DNA of 64,000 nt from Convolutriloba macropyga (lineage: Eukaryota), in assembly GCF_964194025.1 (NCBI RefSeq), contig NC_134474.1, positions 20,026,001-20,090,000 of the forward strand, in the 5' to 3' direction. Position 1 is the first letter of the stretch; every line of letters begins with the position of its first letter. The notes below the pieces were generated by a model, which saw only the letters and a program-made list of their open reading frames with translations, did no database searches and was not told the DNA's origin. A program made the translations under genes and the position numbers. Shown piece after piece: positions 1-12,786 of the stretch.

Positions 1-960
1 CAACTACATAGATAGGATAAAAGTTGATTGCTCAAAACTTCAAGACCTCTCTGGGATAAGCTTTTGTCATAGTATCTGCTCATAATAATTGTTTGATGAA
101 AACATTTTCTAGGTCTTTTATGTTTCTATTAGCCAAAATTTGGTGGCCAGTTTCCAATGAGCATATTGATTGATTGTCTTTGATTGGTTGTTGAGAAAAA
201 AATATAAAAAACTACTCTGTAGTCGAGCAAGACGCAAACATGTGGTCTCTTCTTCTGAAGTTTAGAAAAACTGTAGTTGATTCGATTTTCGAACTATGAC
301 AACACGCTTTTACTGCCCAACTTAAATCTTTGTGTAAGGTAAAGCTTACAATTATCAAGGGTGCTCAATAAGATAGCTATGTATTAAAATGGCTAAAGGC
401 ATGATAATTGGCTATTTCACTTTTTTTTGTGAGCAGTCTCTCAAGTTGTATAAACATTGAACACGTTAGGTCTTTTTCGATAGCTGACTTTTGTTTTTTA
501 AATACTAATTAAGCTTATCATCTGTTGTTAGTGCCAAATAGAGCACTTCATCAAAATTGTAGTGACTGCGGCCGATAAATTTCAATGAATACAACAATTT
601 TGATTTTACCTGCATTCAGTTTGAGTGCTAGTGACCTAAATTACCCCAGTACAATATCTATTGAGTAGTCAAGTAATTTGTCACGGCTAAGGGTTACAAT
701 GGGATATTAAAAGAAAAGTGTCATCGGCGTGTTGAACGATTCCACACGTTTTTAGATCTAATCCATTTACATAAAAATTGAATAAAGGGGGCGTTAGAAC
801 TGTACACTAAGGCGAAAAAAAATAATTTAATCCAATCCGACGTTTCTTGGCTCACCGTCACTATTTGCAATTTACCGCTAAAAAAACTTGGCAATATTTC
901 TTCGGATGATTTTTTGAGTGGATTGCTTTAGAAAAATCAAGCTCATCTGGTAAACGTATT
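1..960 (-). mobile_element. Highly decayed non-LTR retrotransposon (L2/CR1-like LINE) reverse transcriptase 3' fragment
   Basis: The minus strand of about 762-812 reads P*CTVLTPPLFNFYVNG (degenerate PQGxVLGPLLFxIYIND). The minus strand of about 716-735 reads QHADDT (YADD box). There are many stops and frameshifts, and boundaries are approximate. Confidence 0.7.
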
Positions 961-1121
961 CTCATTCAATTTCTTTCTTAACACATTTAATCAAGAATAT
1001 CAATTTTATTTTACAGTAGGAGGCGCAATACTTGCATTTTGAAACAAAAAAACTTCGTAGTGTTAAGAAAAGCCAGAATTCGGGAGAAAAAGAATACAAA
1101 TGCGTTTTTATGAGAAAAAAC

Positions 1122-3363
1122 GTAGGATACGAGCCAAACTTTTTGAGCAAAGGTTAGGAGATGAAGAAATGAGCAGAATACTGACAAAAATACCCCGAAT
1201 CCTTGGTCTTGCACGCATGTTGTTCGGTGCACTCCATAATCGCAATAACCTTTAGAGCTTTCAATTGAATTTTCCAGCACTCTTCGATCATTCCCGCTCA
1301 TCATTCCCGAGTTCTAATACCATTGGTCAGCAATATGCTCAACGGATTTGTTTCTGGTATATTCATTAAAAAAAGACTTCCATCAAATGTACCACAACGT
1401 TTTAAAGCAGTTAAAACTTAGATATGACTCTTGGATATTAATTTTAATATAAAGGACACAATATATTGAAACACACTTTATGAATCTCAAAAAAACAACA
1501 TGAAACTTCTTTAAATATCATTTTGCTGCTGATATTGCAACTTTTTGTGGAGTAAATGATTTTGTGATCAAATGAAGCATCTCTCTCATGGCACAGAGAA
1601 ATTTATTCTATATCTTTTTTTAAATCGAAGTTGTTTTCTTCAATCTGTTTTGTAAAATAAAATTTGAATCTAAATAAAAATCGATTTGAAAGTGTTGTCC
1701 ATTGCGTATGCTCAGATTTTTACACTGAGTGATTTTCCACAATGCTGTGAAGAAAACATGTGTAGTAATTTTTACGACCCAAGAAACTTAGAACACTTAG
1801 CTTTCGTCGTTCTTCATGTTTAGTTTATTGAGTGGTCTCTTGTGCTTTTTTCTTTTAAAATGGCTGTCGTTTTCTCTTTTAATCAAATTGTAATTAACCA
1901 AAAAATTTTTTTTGAGGCAAAGAAAGGCAATCTCAGCAAAATTTTTTCTCCAAAAACTTTTATCTCCAAAATTTTCGAAAAGAAAAATCTTGTAGCCTTT
2001 AACTATGTATCAATCTACCTAAACTATTCAAAAATTAAAATCTAAATTAATCTAAATCTAAAAATTAACCTAAAAGCAATGCAAGTATTGATTTTTTTTG
2101 TTATTTTGCTCCAAAGAAAGCATTTTTATGAAGAGGCTGAAAAAATTTTGGTTGCAACAACAATCTAAATCCTTTCTCATTAGTAATTCATGCGAAATTT
2201 TACTGAAATTTATTAAATGAACAGTGAATTAAAATCACAGAAATACTTTTCCGATAAAAAAGTTTCAGATGAGTTTTCATCTAATTCACACCGTACATAA
2301 ATCTCTCTTTTTTTCAATTTTCTTATGTGATTTCAATATAAAGTTCGGTTTTACTGTAGCCTAAGAAAGTGTCTACATATTTAAAAATACATTTAGACGA
2401 TTAGTTTTTGTACATTCAATCTGCAATTACGGATTTTGTAATTCTGTTTTCTCTAAAAAAATTCTGTTGCGCAATATTCTTTTTTTTCGTTCTTTTCTTC
2501 ACTCACTGGATCACTCTCTATCATCCTTGTTTCTCGAGATCTCGTATATTTCCTACTCTCTTGTAATGTGATGCCTTCTTATTGGATATCATACCATCAA
2601 GAAAAATTCTCCTCATATTGAATCTAGTATCAAAAACCTACGTGTTTATGAAAAAAATGTAACGTTTTAAGGATCACGTGGAAAAAAAACAATAGTTACT
2701 GCACAATTACTCAGAAATTTTTATGGAATCATTAGACATAAGAATATCATTTCCCTTCAGTTTCCACTTAAGTGACGCCAAAACACAGATCAATTGTTCT
2801 AAGAATATCTTCGAGGCAAATTGGATAGTCGTTCAAAAGTCAGCTCATTTACACCACAAATTGCATTTTTTGTCAAGAACTATGAATTTTATGCTTTCGT
2901 TGTTAACACAGTACATTAATTTGCGATTAATGCAGTTGATTATTTCTTGTTTTATCTGTTATTGTTTTTCGATTTTATCTGTTATCAGTTTTCCATTTCA
3001 ATAATTTGTTGTCCTAATCAAGGAAGTTGAACTGCAGTAATATATTCCTAAATTATGGTAGGAGCCGGAAAAGCTTTGGCTTTTTGCAAAGTTTTTGTTG
3101 TATACAAAGAATTAAAAACTAGGAAAAAAATAAGCAGATTATTAACAAACACTTTCTTATGAAAGTCATGATCTTTTCGCTCAATGGGAAAATCTAGAAA
3201 AATAGCGGATGTTCACTAAGATCAATGAAACTGAGAAATTTCTGGACCAAGGTTATCATAGTTTTAGTAAAACCAGGGAGATAAAAAGACCTAAACGCGT
3301 TCAAATTTATTCGACTTACCCGGTATCAATCCCTGTCAACGGATGCGATTCTTCTGTCGCCAT
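1122..3363 (-). CDS. 5' part of a spliced host gene, possibly an MFS/SLC16 (monocarboxylate transporter)-like membrane protein; exons 3363-3320, 2623-2557, 1313-about 1130; probably continues left of the window
   Basis: Exon 1 has a Kozak ACCATGG start and a perfect GG|GTAAGT donor (phase 2). Exon 2 (actag|A...AGA|gtagga) and exon 3 (attag|AAC) join in frame: MATEESHPLTGIDTGFNMRRIFLDGMISNKKASHYKR-NSGMMSGNDRRVLENSIESSKGYCDYGVHRTTCVQDQGFGVFLSVFCSFLHLLTFAQK. DQGFG followed by a hydrophobic helix resembles the SLC16 TM1 PDGGWG motif (inference only). The exon 3 donor is uncertain. Confidence 0.45.
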
Positions 3364-4349
3364 GGTAAACTTAGACTGTACTAGATTTCAAAAATTTTGA
3401 GTGAAAATCGCAAATAAATATACCGCTAAAAATTGGCACTAAATTGGCACATCAAAAGTATTTACACAACATTTTATAAATTTATTACAAGGTGGTAGTA
3501 CGTGTTTGACTGTGTTTATTCGATATTTACGTTTTGATAGATGATAATGTATACAATATATGTGCCAGCTAGCTTAGCAACAAAACAGTGAACAAACCAT
3601 ATATGCACAATTTGAAAGCAAAGCGATGATTCGCAGCTGTACAATATAAATCTGTGAAGCGTTTTAAAAAGAGCACAAAATTGGTTTGAAAAGGTTGTAC
3701 GGTAGCCGGTATGCGTTTTATGTGTGGCTATTCTATGCTGTGTACTTCTTACTGATATTAATTATGAATTTGTTTTGTGAAGATGAAGCATGAGCACTGG
3801 TGTTTGATGGTACAAGTGCACCCATTTTGAGGGCCGGAGAGCGACGCTGATCGAAGGCGCCTCATTAACGTTTTTTGACACTAATTTGTTTTTCAATTTT
3901 GCTCATTTCTGAGGACAGGAGGACCAAATTGTTTGTGCTCAAAGCTATAGGATATAGTGGATTTTCAAAAATGACAGTTGTGAAAGTCACCTGCAGTGTC
4001 ATAATCTCCCACCAAATCACATTCAATTCGGCTTCAAACAAGTAAACTCAAGATACAAGACCCAAGCCGAGAGACCAATTTTTTCACTCAATAAAAAATA
4101 TTTTTAGAAGGCGCTTACTCAGCAAAAAAAATAGGTTGTCAAGGCACCGTTTTAAAAATTTTTATAAATATTTATAAAAGTGTGAAACCCTTCGTATAAA
4201 AAATAGTTCGGAAGCTAGGAAATTTTTGATCAAAGTAACGGGCAATTAAATTCTCCATTTTATTAAAACCTCAAAACCGATGGCAACGAATACGGACCAA
4301 AACTCTATTCTCATTCCAACAGTCCTTCAAAATTACACTCCTAGAGTAA

Positions 4350-5578
4350 AAAAAGGAGGCTGGCTAATGTGAGATTGCATATAATGTTGCGACCCCACAC
4401 ATCGACAAACTTTCCTCAAATGTCTACCAGTTGAAACAGAGATAGGCTGCCTCCAAAATAATGAGTTCAAATTTTATTTGATCTTTTATAGATTTTCCAA
4501 AAAAAGGACAGTCATCTATACAAAAAGAATTTCACACCAGTGAAATCATTTTTTGTTGTTTCATTGGTATGAGTACTCAATGTGAATGATATGTAATAAC
4601 ATATATCGTATTTTCTTAAGCAGTAAAAACAATGTTGCCCAGTGAACATTTTCGTTAACCAAAAAGAACCAAAAGTGATATCCAAATATCAACATGAATC
4701 TGTTTTTCAAAATTATCTCTAACTCATGTCTTTTAGGATTTGAAAAACGGCAAATCTCTTAAGACTATATTGAGAAATGCAAAATGAAATCAAATTCAAA
4801 TAGAGGTTCGGCACGCCATATAATCACAAGGCCAGTCACACTTGAAACAAGCCACGTTTGCCCGAGGAACGCATCAAAAGACTAGTCTATCGGATCATAT
4901 AAACAAAGGAATGCGTAACCAAAATACAGAAAATTTTCATGAAGCAAACTCTGATTTTAATTAAAAAATTTTGGTGCTGATCAAATACAATATTACAGTA
5001 GGGTCCAAATTTAAAATATACTTAATTATAAGATCTCTAATTGCCAACCAACCACTTCCGACAACAACAAATATCTTCAAAATCAGTATAAAAACATAAC
5101 ATATAGTAATCTGCGACAGAAAACAAAGAGAAAACGAAGAAAAAATTATATGGCCGCAAAAAAATAAAAAGAAAAAAACAGTTCGAAAACTAAATAATCC
5201 ACATTGTAATCAAAATTTGTTTGATTCCAAAACCGCAATAAAATTAAAGTAATAGCGTTGACACTGCTTCAGGTTTTTATAAACCGTAAATAATTTTAAT
5301 TGCCAGATAATTGGGCAAAAACTAACAAACTTTGATAGAAAGAGAACAAAAATGTCAAAAAATTCAGAGCAGATTTTTTCACAGAAATTGTAATTCTCGA
5401 TAACTACTCGAAAATTTAAAAGTGGTGATTTTTTAGATTTCTTTGTCTATGTGGGAAGGGAATTCTAGTGATTTTACTCACAAATTTCTACAATAAATAT
5501 ATCGACCGGCCAATTTTGATTGAAAAAAAAACGCTTGAGCATATATTGTTCCTCCCTCCATAAGGGGGTTGGAAACTA
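4350..5578 (-). mobile_element. Helentron-associated non-autonomous element (HINE/DINE-1-like), copy 1
   Basis: The reverse complement of about 5380-5578 aligns with 6735-6950. Bases 4350-4445 (aaaggaggctggctaatgtgagattgcatataatgttgcgacc) align with the reverse complement of the 3' hairpin end at 9785-9877. Confidence 0.65.
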
Positions 5579-6734
5579 AAACTTGTGTTCCTTTATTGGT
5601 GTTGCAATAAAAGCAAAGTTTAGAACATATCGAAATTTTGCGATTGGTTGACTGAAATTATTGTTAGATAAAGCACAATATTTATACTAAGCCTGTTGCA
5701 GTAGTTCAACGCAATCGAAAGTCTTAAAGTTAAAGAGAATTAAAAACTGTTTTACTTCAAAACTTAGGAGAAATTTTCTCAGCTTTTCTTTCAAAATTGA
5801 ATATTTTGAGAAGATATGCTCATTGCTCAGAAGTATTTGATCAGTGTTTGCAAAGGTAGATGGAAATTTTTCTGTAATTATGATTAAAACCTCCAATTTT
5901 TTCTGCTCCATAATTATTGTTGGTAATCAATTGTGCGAAAATTTTGTTGCGTCAACATCTCTATTCAAATGGTCTTTTTGTCATTTCTTTAAAGGAATTT
6001 TGTCTTCCAGAACATAGAAAAATTACAAAACCACAATCCGTGCTTTTTTAATTACAAACTTTGCCTCAATTTATTTTGAGTGAGATCTAATTAAATCCTG
6101 TAATTAAGAAATGCATTATGAAGCAACATTTCTTCGTTCTGTTACATAATTGTTCCATTGGAAGTTCAACAGATATTGTATGTTATCAGTATTCTAAAAA
6201 AACAATCAACTATATTTTAGCTTAGGTCAATTACAACGCAACTTTTGCTAGCACAATTTACGCTCTTGATTCAATTAGCTCAACTTGCACTTTCAACACC
6301 TCAACTCTCTATTGCTGGACACCATGATTTATACCGAGTAATTTTTCCAGCATATCAAACGGACTCAATCATACGCGTTAAAAACCAGCACTACAGGTAC
6401 GCGCCAGGCAAGTTGTCCGCACTAAGACTAAGAACGTATTAGTATTGACACTTTCCACTATCAACTTATTTCAGTTTGGGCCCTCAAGACTTCAAACAAA
6501 TGTTTTTTTCATTTAGGCGTTCAAATATCAACCATTTTCTTACTTGCTTATTGATTGCAACTATCAGTTGCACTAGGGAGACTTGCTTGAAGCAGAATTT
6601 CTCATGGGAATGAACAGTAGCCTCCAATAAGAACCCTTACAAACCATACATTGTAGCACATTCTTCTGAGGTATAAAGCGAAAGTTGAGAACCCTTAAGA
6701 ACACTGATTGATGATTTTCATGATGGTAACTACT

Positions 6735-9700
6735 ATTTTTTCCAACCCCCACTTTAGTGGGGAGGAGGAACTATATACTCAACTGGTTTTTTTTTGTTCA
6801 GTCAATTTTGGCCGATCGATATATTCATCGTAGAGCTTTGTGAGTGGTATCATTGAAAAGCCCGTCTAGCGTAGAATACGGAATTAAAAAGTTTTTTTGA
6901 TTTTCGTTTTTTACAGGGAGTTATCGAGGTTTAAAGTTTTGTGAACGTTCGATTGTTTTTGTTCACATTTTCAGTAATTTTTGCTAAAATTTAGCACAAT
7001 TTCGCTAATATAGTTCAAAATAAGTTAAAACTTTTAACGGCAGAGTGTTGCTGTTACCGTTAGACATAGAAGACAGTTGCTGAATTGTTTGATTGAGGTT
7101 TTTTCTGGCTAAAATTTGGATAAAATTTTCAAAATTCAAACTTTTTTCATCAAAAATGGCACAAAATATGCTTATTTGTTGGCCTTTCTTAAAATTTGCC
7201 AGATTTAGTGACCTAGAAACCTTAAAACAGACTACTTAATCTCACAAACAGTGCTAGTTGCAATTAGGCGCGGTATGAAAGTCTTCTGGAATTAAAACTT
7301 TGCCGTTTTTTTTGCAGATTTAACATTTTTTAATATTTGAAGAATTCCACGCAACAATTGTACAAATTCACAAACACTTGGAACACTTGGTCGGTTTGCT
7401 GGGCGCGCGATAAAATCAGGGAGAGGTTCGACAATATCTTGGATTCTTAGAATCAGAGACTTTTTGGTTTTTATTTTGATGCTGCCTTTTTTCTAAATAA
7501 TTTGCCTTTGTTTATTAATGTTAGTTACTGACAATTTTTTTGTTCACGGCTCCGTTAATGACAGCTCCAATTTACGTAAATTTGATGCCAAATGTAGATA
7601 CAGTTTGTTTTCAGAGAACCAAGGTGTTTTTATGGCTTTGAGGAAGAGTTTTAGTAAAATTTAACTGAGTTCTTGTCTTTTGCCTTCAATTGTTATTCTT
7701 TTGGCAGTCTGATTTTTAAGTTTGACCACAAAATAATTTATATTTATTCCTGAAGAGGTGCAATTGAACCTTTTCTGTTCACGCGGTTGTTACCTAATGT
7801 CTCTTATGTTATTGAATGCATTTGTTTTAGGAAAATTTCTGTGATTTTATGAACTTGTCAATTTTTTATGTTCATTTAGTCAACAATTAGTTTATTCTCA
7901 GTAAGTACAGGTCAATCTTTCCTCCATATAGAATACAAATTTTGTGGCCGATTGTTTTAAGAGAAAGTTTTCTTGCTTTTGGAAATACGAGTTTTTATAC
8001 AAAATTTTCTGATTTTTGTGCATAATTTCCCATTTTTGTCGTTGTTTTTGTTTTGTTTTTTTTTTGTAAATTGCAACATTATTTTGGAATATAAGTGAAA
8101 AAAATTTTACAACATTTGAAATTGAACAAATTTTTTGTTTTCTTAACGTATGGTTTGAAGGGCTGCGACACCGTTCTCTTGCAGAAATTGGTAGAGTTTT
8201 TTTTATTTTTGCACTTTTATTTGTTGTTAATTTTTGTTGTCAAATGCCAATTATTGTGTAATTAAAGGTCTCAGTGGCCAACTATAGAAAAACAAATGAA
8301 CCTAATAACTGATATCGGTAAATAGCTAATGGTGGTTTTGACCTTCGAATTAAATTTCTAAAAAAGTAATTGTGTTCTTCAGCTTATCCCTTTTTGTTGT
8401 GGTTTGCGTTTTTTTCGTATTATACAATTTTAAATCATTTTCGAAAATTAGCCTCTTTGTTTAGAGCTCTTTTTAAAGTTTTGTTGAATCAATCAATATT
8501 TTTTCTGTTGTTGAAACGTTTTATGTGATGTCTTCAGGGCTTAGACAATTTGTTTCAGAAGAATTTTTTGAAGTTTAGATACTTCTCAGTTTTTGTGGTT
8601 CTTTTTGTAGTCCTTTTGTGATATTCGTTTTACAAAAAGACGTTATGACGGTCAAAATAGACGCAAATGATGATGTTATATTCTCGCGGTTAATATCTTG
8701 TAAATTTAATGGCTTCAAAACTGTGGTTTCGTAAAGCTGTTTGTGAAACTTATTAAATCAGCTTGTATTTAATATTATTTTAGAGTCTTATGATTTAGTC
8801 TCATTAATTACAGTCAGAATTAACTTTCCAAGTAGTTGAAAGACAAACTGTCTACTCTTTTAGTCGAAAGCATTTGTTGGCAATGAATTTTGAAAATAAT
8901 TGTTTTTAATAAAAAAAATATAGACTTTTGAGATCTGTCAATTTTATATGTGTTAAATTGTAGCTAAGCATCTCTATATATAATTCATATCATTTATCTA
9001 TTGAAATACAATTTGCTCTTCACAACGGTTTTATTTTCCTCAAATGGTCTTTCATCTTGGAACAACCAGTTTTCATAAAACCAATTTTCGTGATTTTTGC
9101 ATATTTGCCCCTTTTTTGTAGGTTTTTGTTCTGTTTTCACAGTACCACAATAATGGGCGTCATTTGATTTACAAATTTTGTTACCTTCAAAAATGCAAAC
9201 GAAGATGTTTTTTGTTTATAGTGATCAGCTTAATATTTAATTGATTGGGGGGACATCGTTTTCGTGCATAATTTTTCGTCTAAATTTTTAGTTTTGCCTG
9301 CACTTGTCGTTTTTTTGTCGTCGTATGACAAATCCTGGATAATGAAAGGCCTCAGTCGCTCTCTATTGAGGTATAAAAGATTCTCTCGATGATTTCATTT
9401 GATGCGTAATATTTCTAATCCGTTCGAATTTAATTCCTTTTAAAAAAAAGCAACGTTTTAAAGTACTTTGCCCATTTTGAACATTTCTAGTCGACATGTT
9501 GTCAAGTTGCACCAACAAAAAGTCCCTTATCTTGTTCCAAAAAAGTGCCGGTTAATCTTCTGATTATAAATTTTATCCTTTGCCGTTTTGATTTGTTCAT
9601 TTGTGGTTTTCAAAAAATGGACAGGGAGTTTTGTTCGTAATTAATATTTTTAACTATTTGATTTTTTGTCGTCTTTGCTGGTAGTCATATTATGGTAGCC

Positions 9701-9877
9701 ACAGGTCTCCTAGGCCCTCTAGAGTAGATTGTTTAATTCTTTAGTTGTTTGTTGAACGATATGTTGATATGTTAACTTTTTCTATCTCTTCATCATTTGG
9801 TAGACAATTAAGTGAAAATTGTAGATGAGCGCGGTCGGAACTTAATGTGCGAACGCACATTACCGAGCCTCCTTGTT
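6735..9877 (+). mobile_element. Helentron-associated non-autonomous element (HINE/DINE-1-like), copy 2, about 3.1 kb
   Basis: The 5' end is a T-run, a short hairpin (CCCCACT-tt-AGTGGGG) and GGAGGAACTATAT. The 3' end is GGAACT, a perfect hairpin TAATGTGCG-AA-CGCACATTA (9843-9862) and CCTTGTT. The body is T-rich, non-coding and has degenerate internal repeats. This architecture matches DINE-1/HINE elements. Confidence 0.7.
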
Positions 9878-9905
9878 AGATATCTTAAAAAAATGCCTTG
9901 GTATA

Positions 9906-12786
9906 AAGAAGTGTTAGTTTTCTTTGGAGCCTTCTGATAATAATAAGTTGTTGAAATTAGATAAATATTAATTAGAAAAAATGTTAGCAAGCAATTCAGC
10001 GTCAAGTTTTCCTGTAGAAAAAATTTAAGCAACACCTAAGATAGGCTTGCTGCAATGAAAATGGCAGCCCATAGCTTACACTGACAGCTCACCCTTAACC
10101 ATGATCATTCATATTCCGTTGGTTCGGAATTAAATACTTCTGTCCCCGAAACGGTTTTTTAATTATTAGAAAAAATGTTTAAGAATACAAAGACAAAACA
10201 GCAAATTTGATTCTAATCACAAAATTTGTATATATGAAACGTTAATCAAAAGTGCTTAGAATCAGTATGCGGTTCAAACCGTTGATTGTAGATAGCTATT
10301 ATTAGAGTGAGATTGTTTGATGTCCCAGCACGTATTGAATAATTATGATTTCACCGGAAATCTGAACAAATCCATAGAAAAGTGTAATTGCATTTTATTT
10401 ATGGTATTTCTTGTGACTGATTTTTAGGCAATTTGCAGAAGCAAACCATATTGGGTAACCCTTGCTGCTTTCACTGTAATCCCTTGTGTTAAGATTAGTT
10501 TTGTATCTTGACTTTCTCGCACTGATAATGGGTATATATACAGCTGAATTTTTGAGCCTTTTTTCATCCCTAAAATCAAATCATCATCTTGATCTAATAA
10601 TTAGGTCTTTCCTGTAAATCTTTAAATATTAATGAAAAAAAAATATTTTTCTTATTCTCTCATTTTGAGAATTTTTTTTTTCTTAGTTAACTTATTTTAC
10701 TTACAACAGGTTATGGCCCAGCAATTCTCTCACTCATGAAACTAATTTCTAAATTACACTAATTTATTGATTACAGTCATTTTTTTTTGCTGAGTACCTT
10801 TTCATTTCAAAACTTTTTGCCTGCTCAATGTACAACGGATCAACAAACAATGAAGCTTCTGACCTACACATAAATGGCACAAGGTTTTCCCATCTGGAGC
10901 TCGATCTTTGTGACGATGATGCAGAAGAAGGGACTCTACAAATCACTACTTAGGACAAAAGAGCAGCCCAATCAGCCTGCACCAAAACCCAAAGGGGCAA
11001 GCAAATATGAGAAGAAGAACCGCCAGGTTCTAAAACATGCATATGAGAAGGAAATTGCAGATATTAAAGGAAACGAAACAATGTCTGGTGCCATCTGACG
11101 CCGGACATGCTGATGCTGATGAGTCACGTGCATGTAGCATGTGCATGCTGATGAGACTTGGTTGTGTTGTAGATGATGGCATCGAAGATAGACCAAAGTC
11201 TTGGAAGCTTTTTCAAGGGAGATTTCAGAGTGTGGATAGGCTGACAGTAGTGAATTTGGTGGCACAGCTTGCTCGACTGCAGCTCGAGGATTCTGAGTAC
11301 AGCTTCTTCATCAGAGGACAGGAGTTGCTCACAAGGCTGTAACAAGAAGTGTTAGTTTTCTTAGGAGCCTTCTGATAATAATATATTGTTGAAATTAGAT
11401 AAATATTAATTAGAAAAAATGTTAGCAAGCAATTCAGCGTCAAGTTTTCCTGTAGAAAGAATTTGAGCAACACCTAAGATAGGCTTGCTGCAATGAAAAT
11501 GGCAGCCCATAGCTTACAATGACAGATCACCCATTAACCATGATCATTCATCTTCCGTTGGTTCGGAATTAAATACTTCTGTCCCCGAAACGGTTATTTA
11601 TTTATTAGAAAAAATGTTTAAGAATACAAAGACAAAACAGCAAATTTGATTCTAATCACAAAATTTGTATATATGGAACGTTAATCAAAAGTGCTTAGAA
11701 TCAGTATGCGGTTCAAACCGTTGATTGTAGATAACTATTCTTAGAGTGAGATTGTTTGATGTCCCAGCACGTATTTAATAATTATGATTTCACGGGAAAT
11801 CTGAACAAATCCATAGAAAAGTGTAAATGCATTTTATTTATGGTATTTCTTGTGACTGATTTCTAGGCAATTTGCAGAAGCAAACCATATTGGGTAACCC
11901 TTGCTGTTTTCACTGTAATCCCTTATGTTAAGATTAGTTTTGTATCTTGACTTTCTCGCACTGATATTCGGTATATATACAGCTGAATTTTTGAGCCTTT
12001 TTTCATGCCTAAAATCAAATCATCATCTTGATCTAATAATTAGGTCTTTCCTGTAAATCTTTAAATATTAATGAAAAAAAAATATTTTTGTTATTCTCTC
12101 ATTTTGAGAAATTTTTTTTCTTAGTTAACTTATTTTACTTACAACAGGTTATGGCCCAGCAATTCTCTCACTCATGAAACTAATTTCTAAATTACACTAA
12201 TTTATTGTTTACAGTTATAATTTTTTTTGCTGAGTACCTTTTCATTTCAAAACTTTTTGCCTGCTCAATGTACAACGGATCAACAAACAATGAAACTTCT
12301 GACCTACACAGAAATGGCACAAGGTTTTCCCATCTGGAGCTCGATCTTTGTGACGATGATGCAGAAGAAGGGACTCTACAAATCACTACTTAGGACGAAA
12401 GAGCAGCCCAATCAGCCTGCACCAAAACACAAAGGGGCAAGCAAATATGAGAAGAAGAACCGCCAGGTTCTAAAACATGCATATGAGAAGGAAATTGCAG
12501 ATATTAAAGGAAACGAAACAATGTCTGGTGCCATCTGACGCCGGACATGCTGATGCTGATGAGTCACGTGCATGCAGCATGTGCATGCTGATGAGACATG
12601 GTTGTGTTGTAGATGATGGCATCGAAGATAGACCAAAGTCTTGGAAGCTTTTTCAAGGGAGATTTCAGAGTGTGGATAGGCTGACAGTAGTGAATTTGGT
12701 GGCACAGCTTGCTCGACTGCAGCTCGAGGATTCTGAGTACAGCTTCTTCATCAGAGGACAGGAGTTGCTCACAAGGCTGTAACAAG
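9906..12786 (+). repeat. Direct tandem duplication, period about 1438 bp (flank + Copia 5' LTR + PBS + gag start)
   Basis: Copies 9906-11346 and 11344-12786 are near-identical (aagaagtgttag... to ...caaggctgtaacaag), with a 3-bp AAG microhomology at the junction. Duplicated ORFs appear in the track (for example 11037 vs 12477). Confidence 0.95.
10709..10721 (+). promoter_or_regulatory. Copia primer-binding site (internal tRNA-iMet 'half-tRNA' type); second copy at 12147-12159
   Basis: GGTTATGGCCCAG lies immediately after the LTR-terminal CAACA and is one G short of the GGTTATGGGCCCAG PBS known from Drosophila copia-type elements. Confidence 0.8.
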
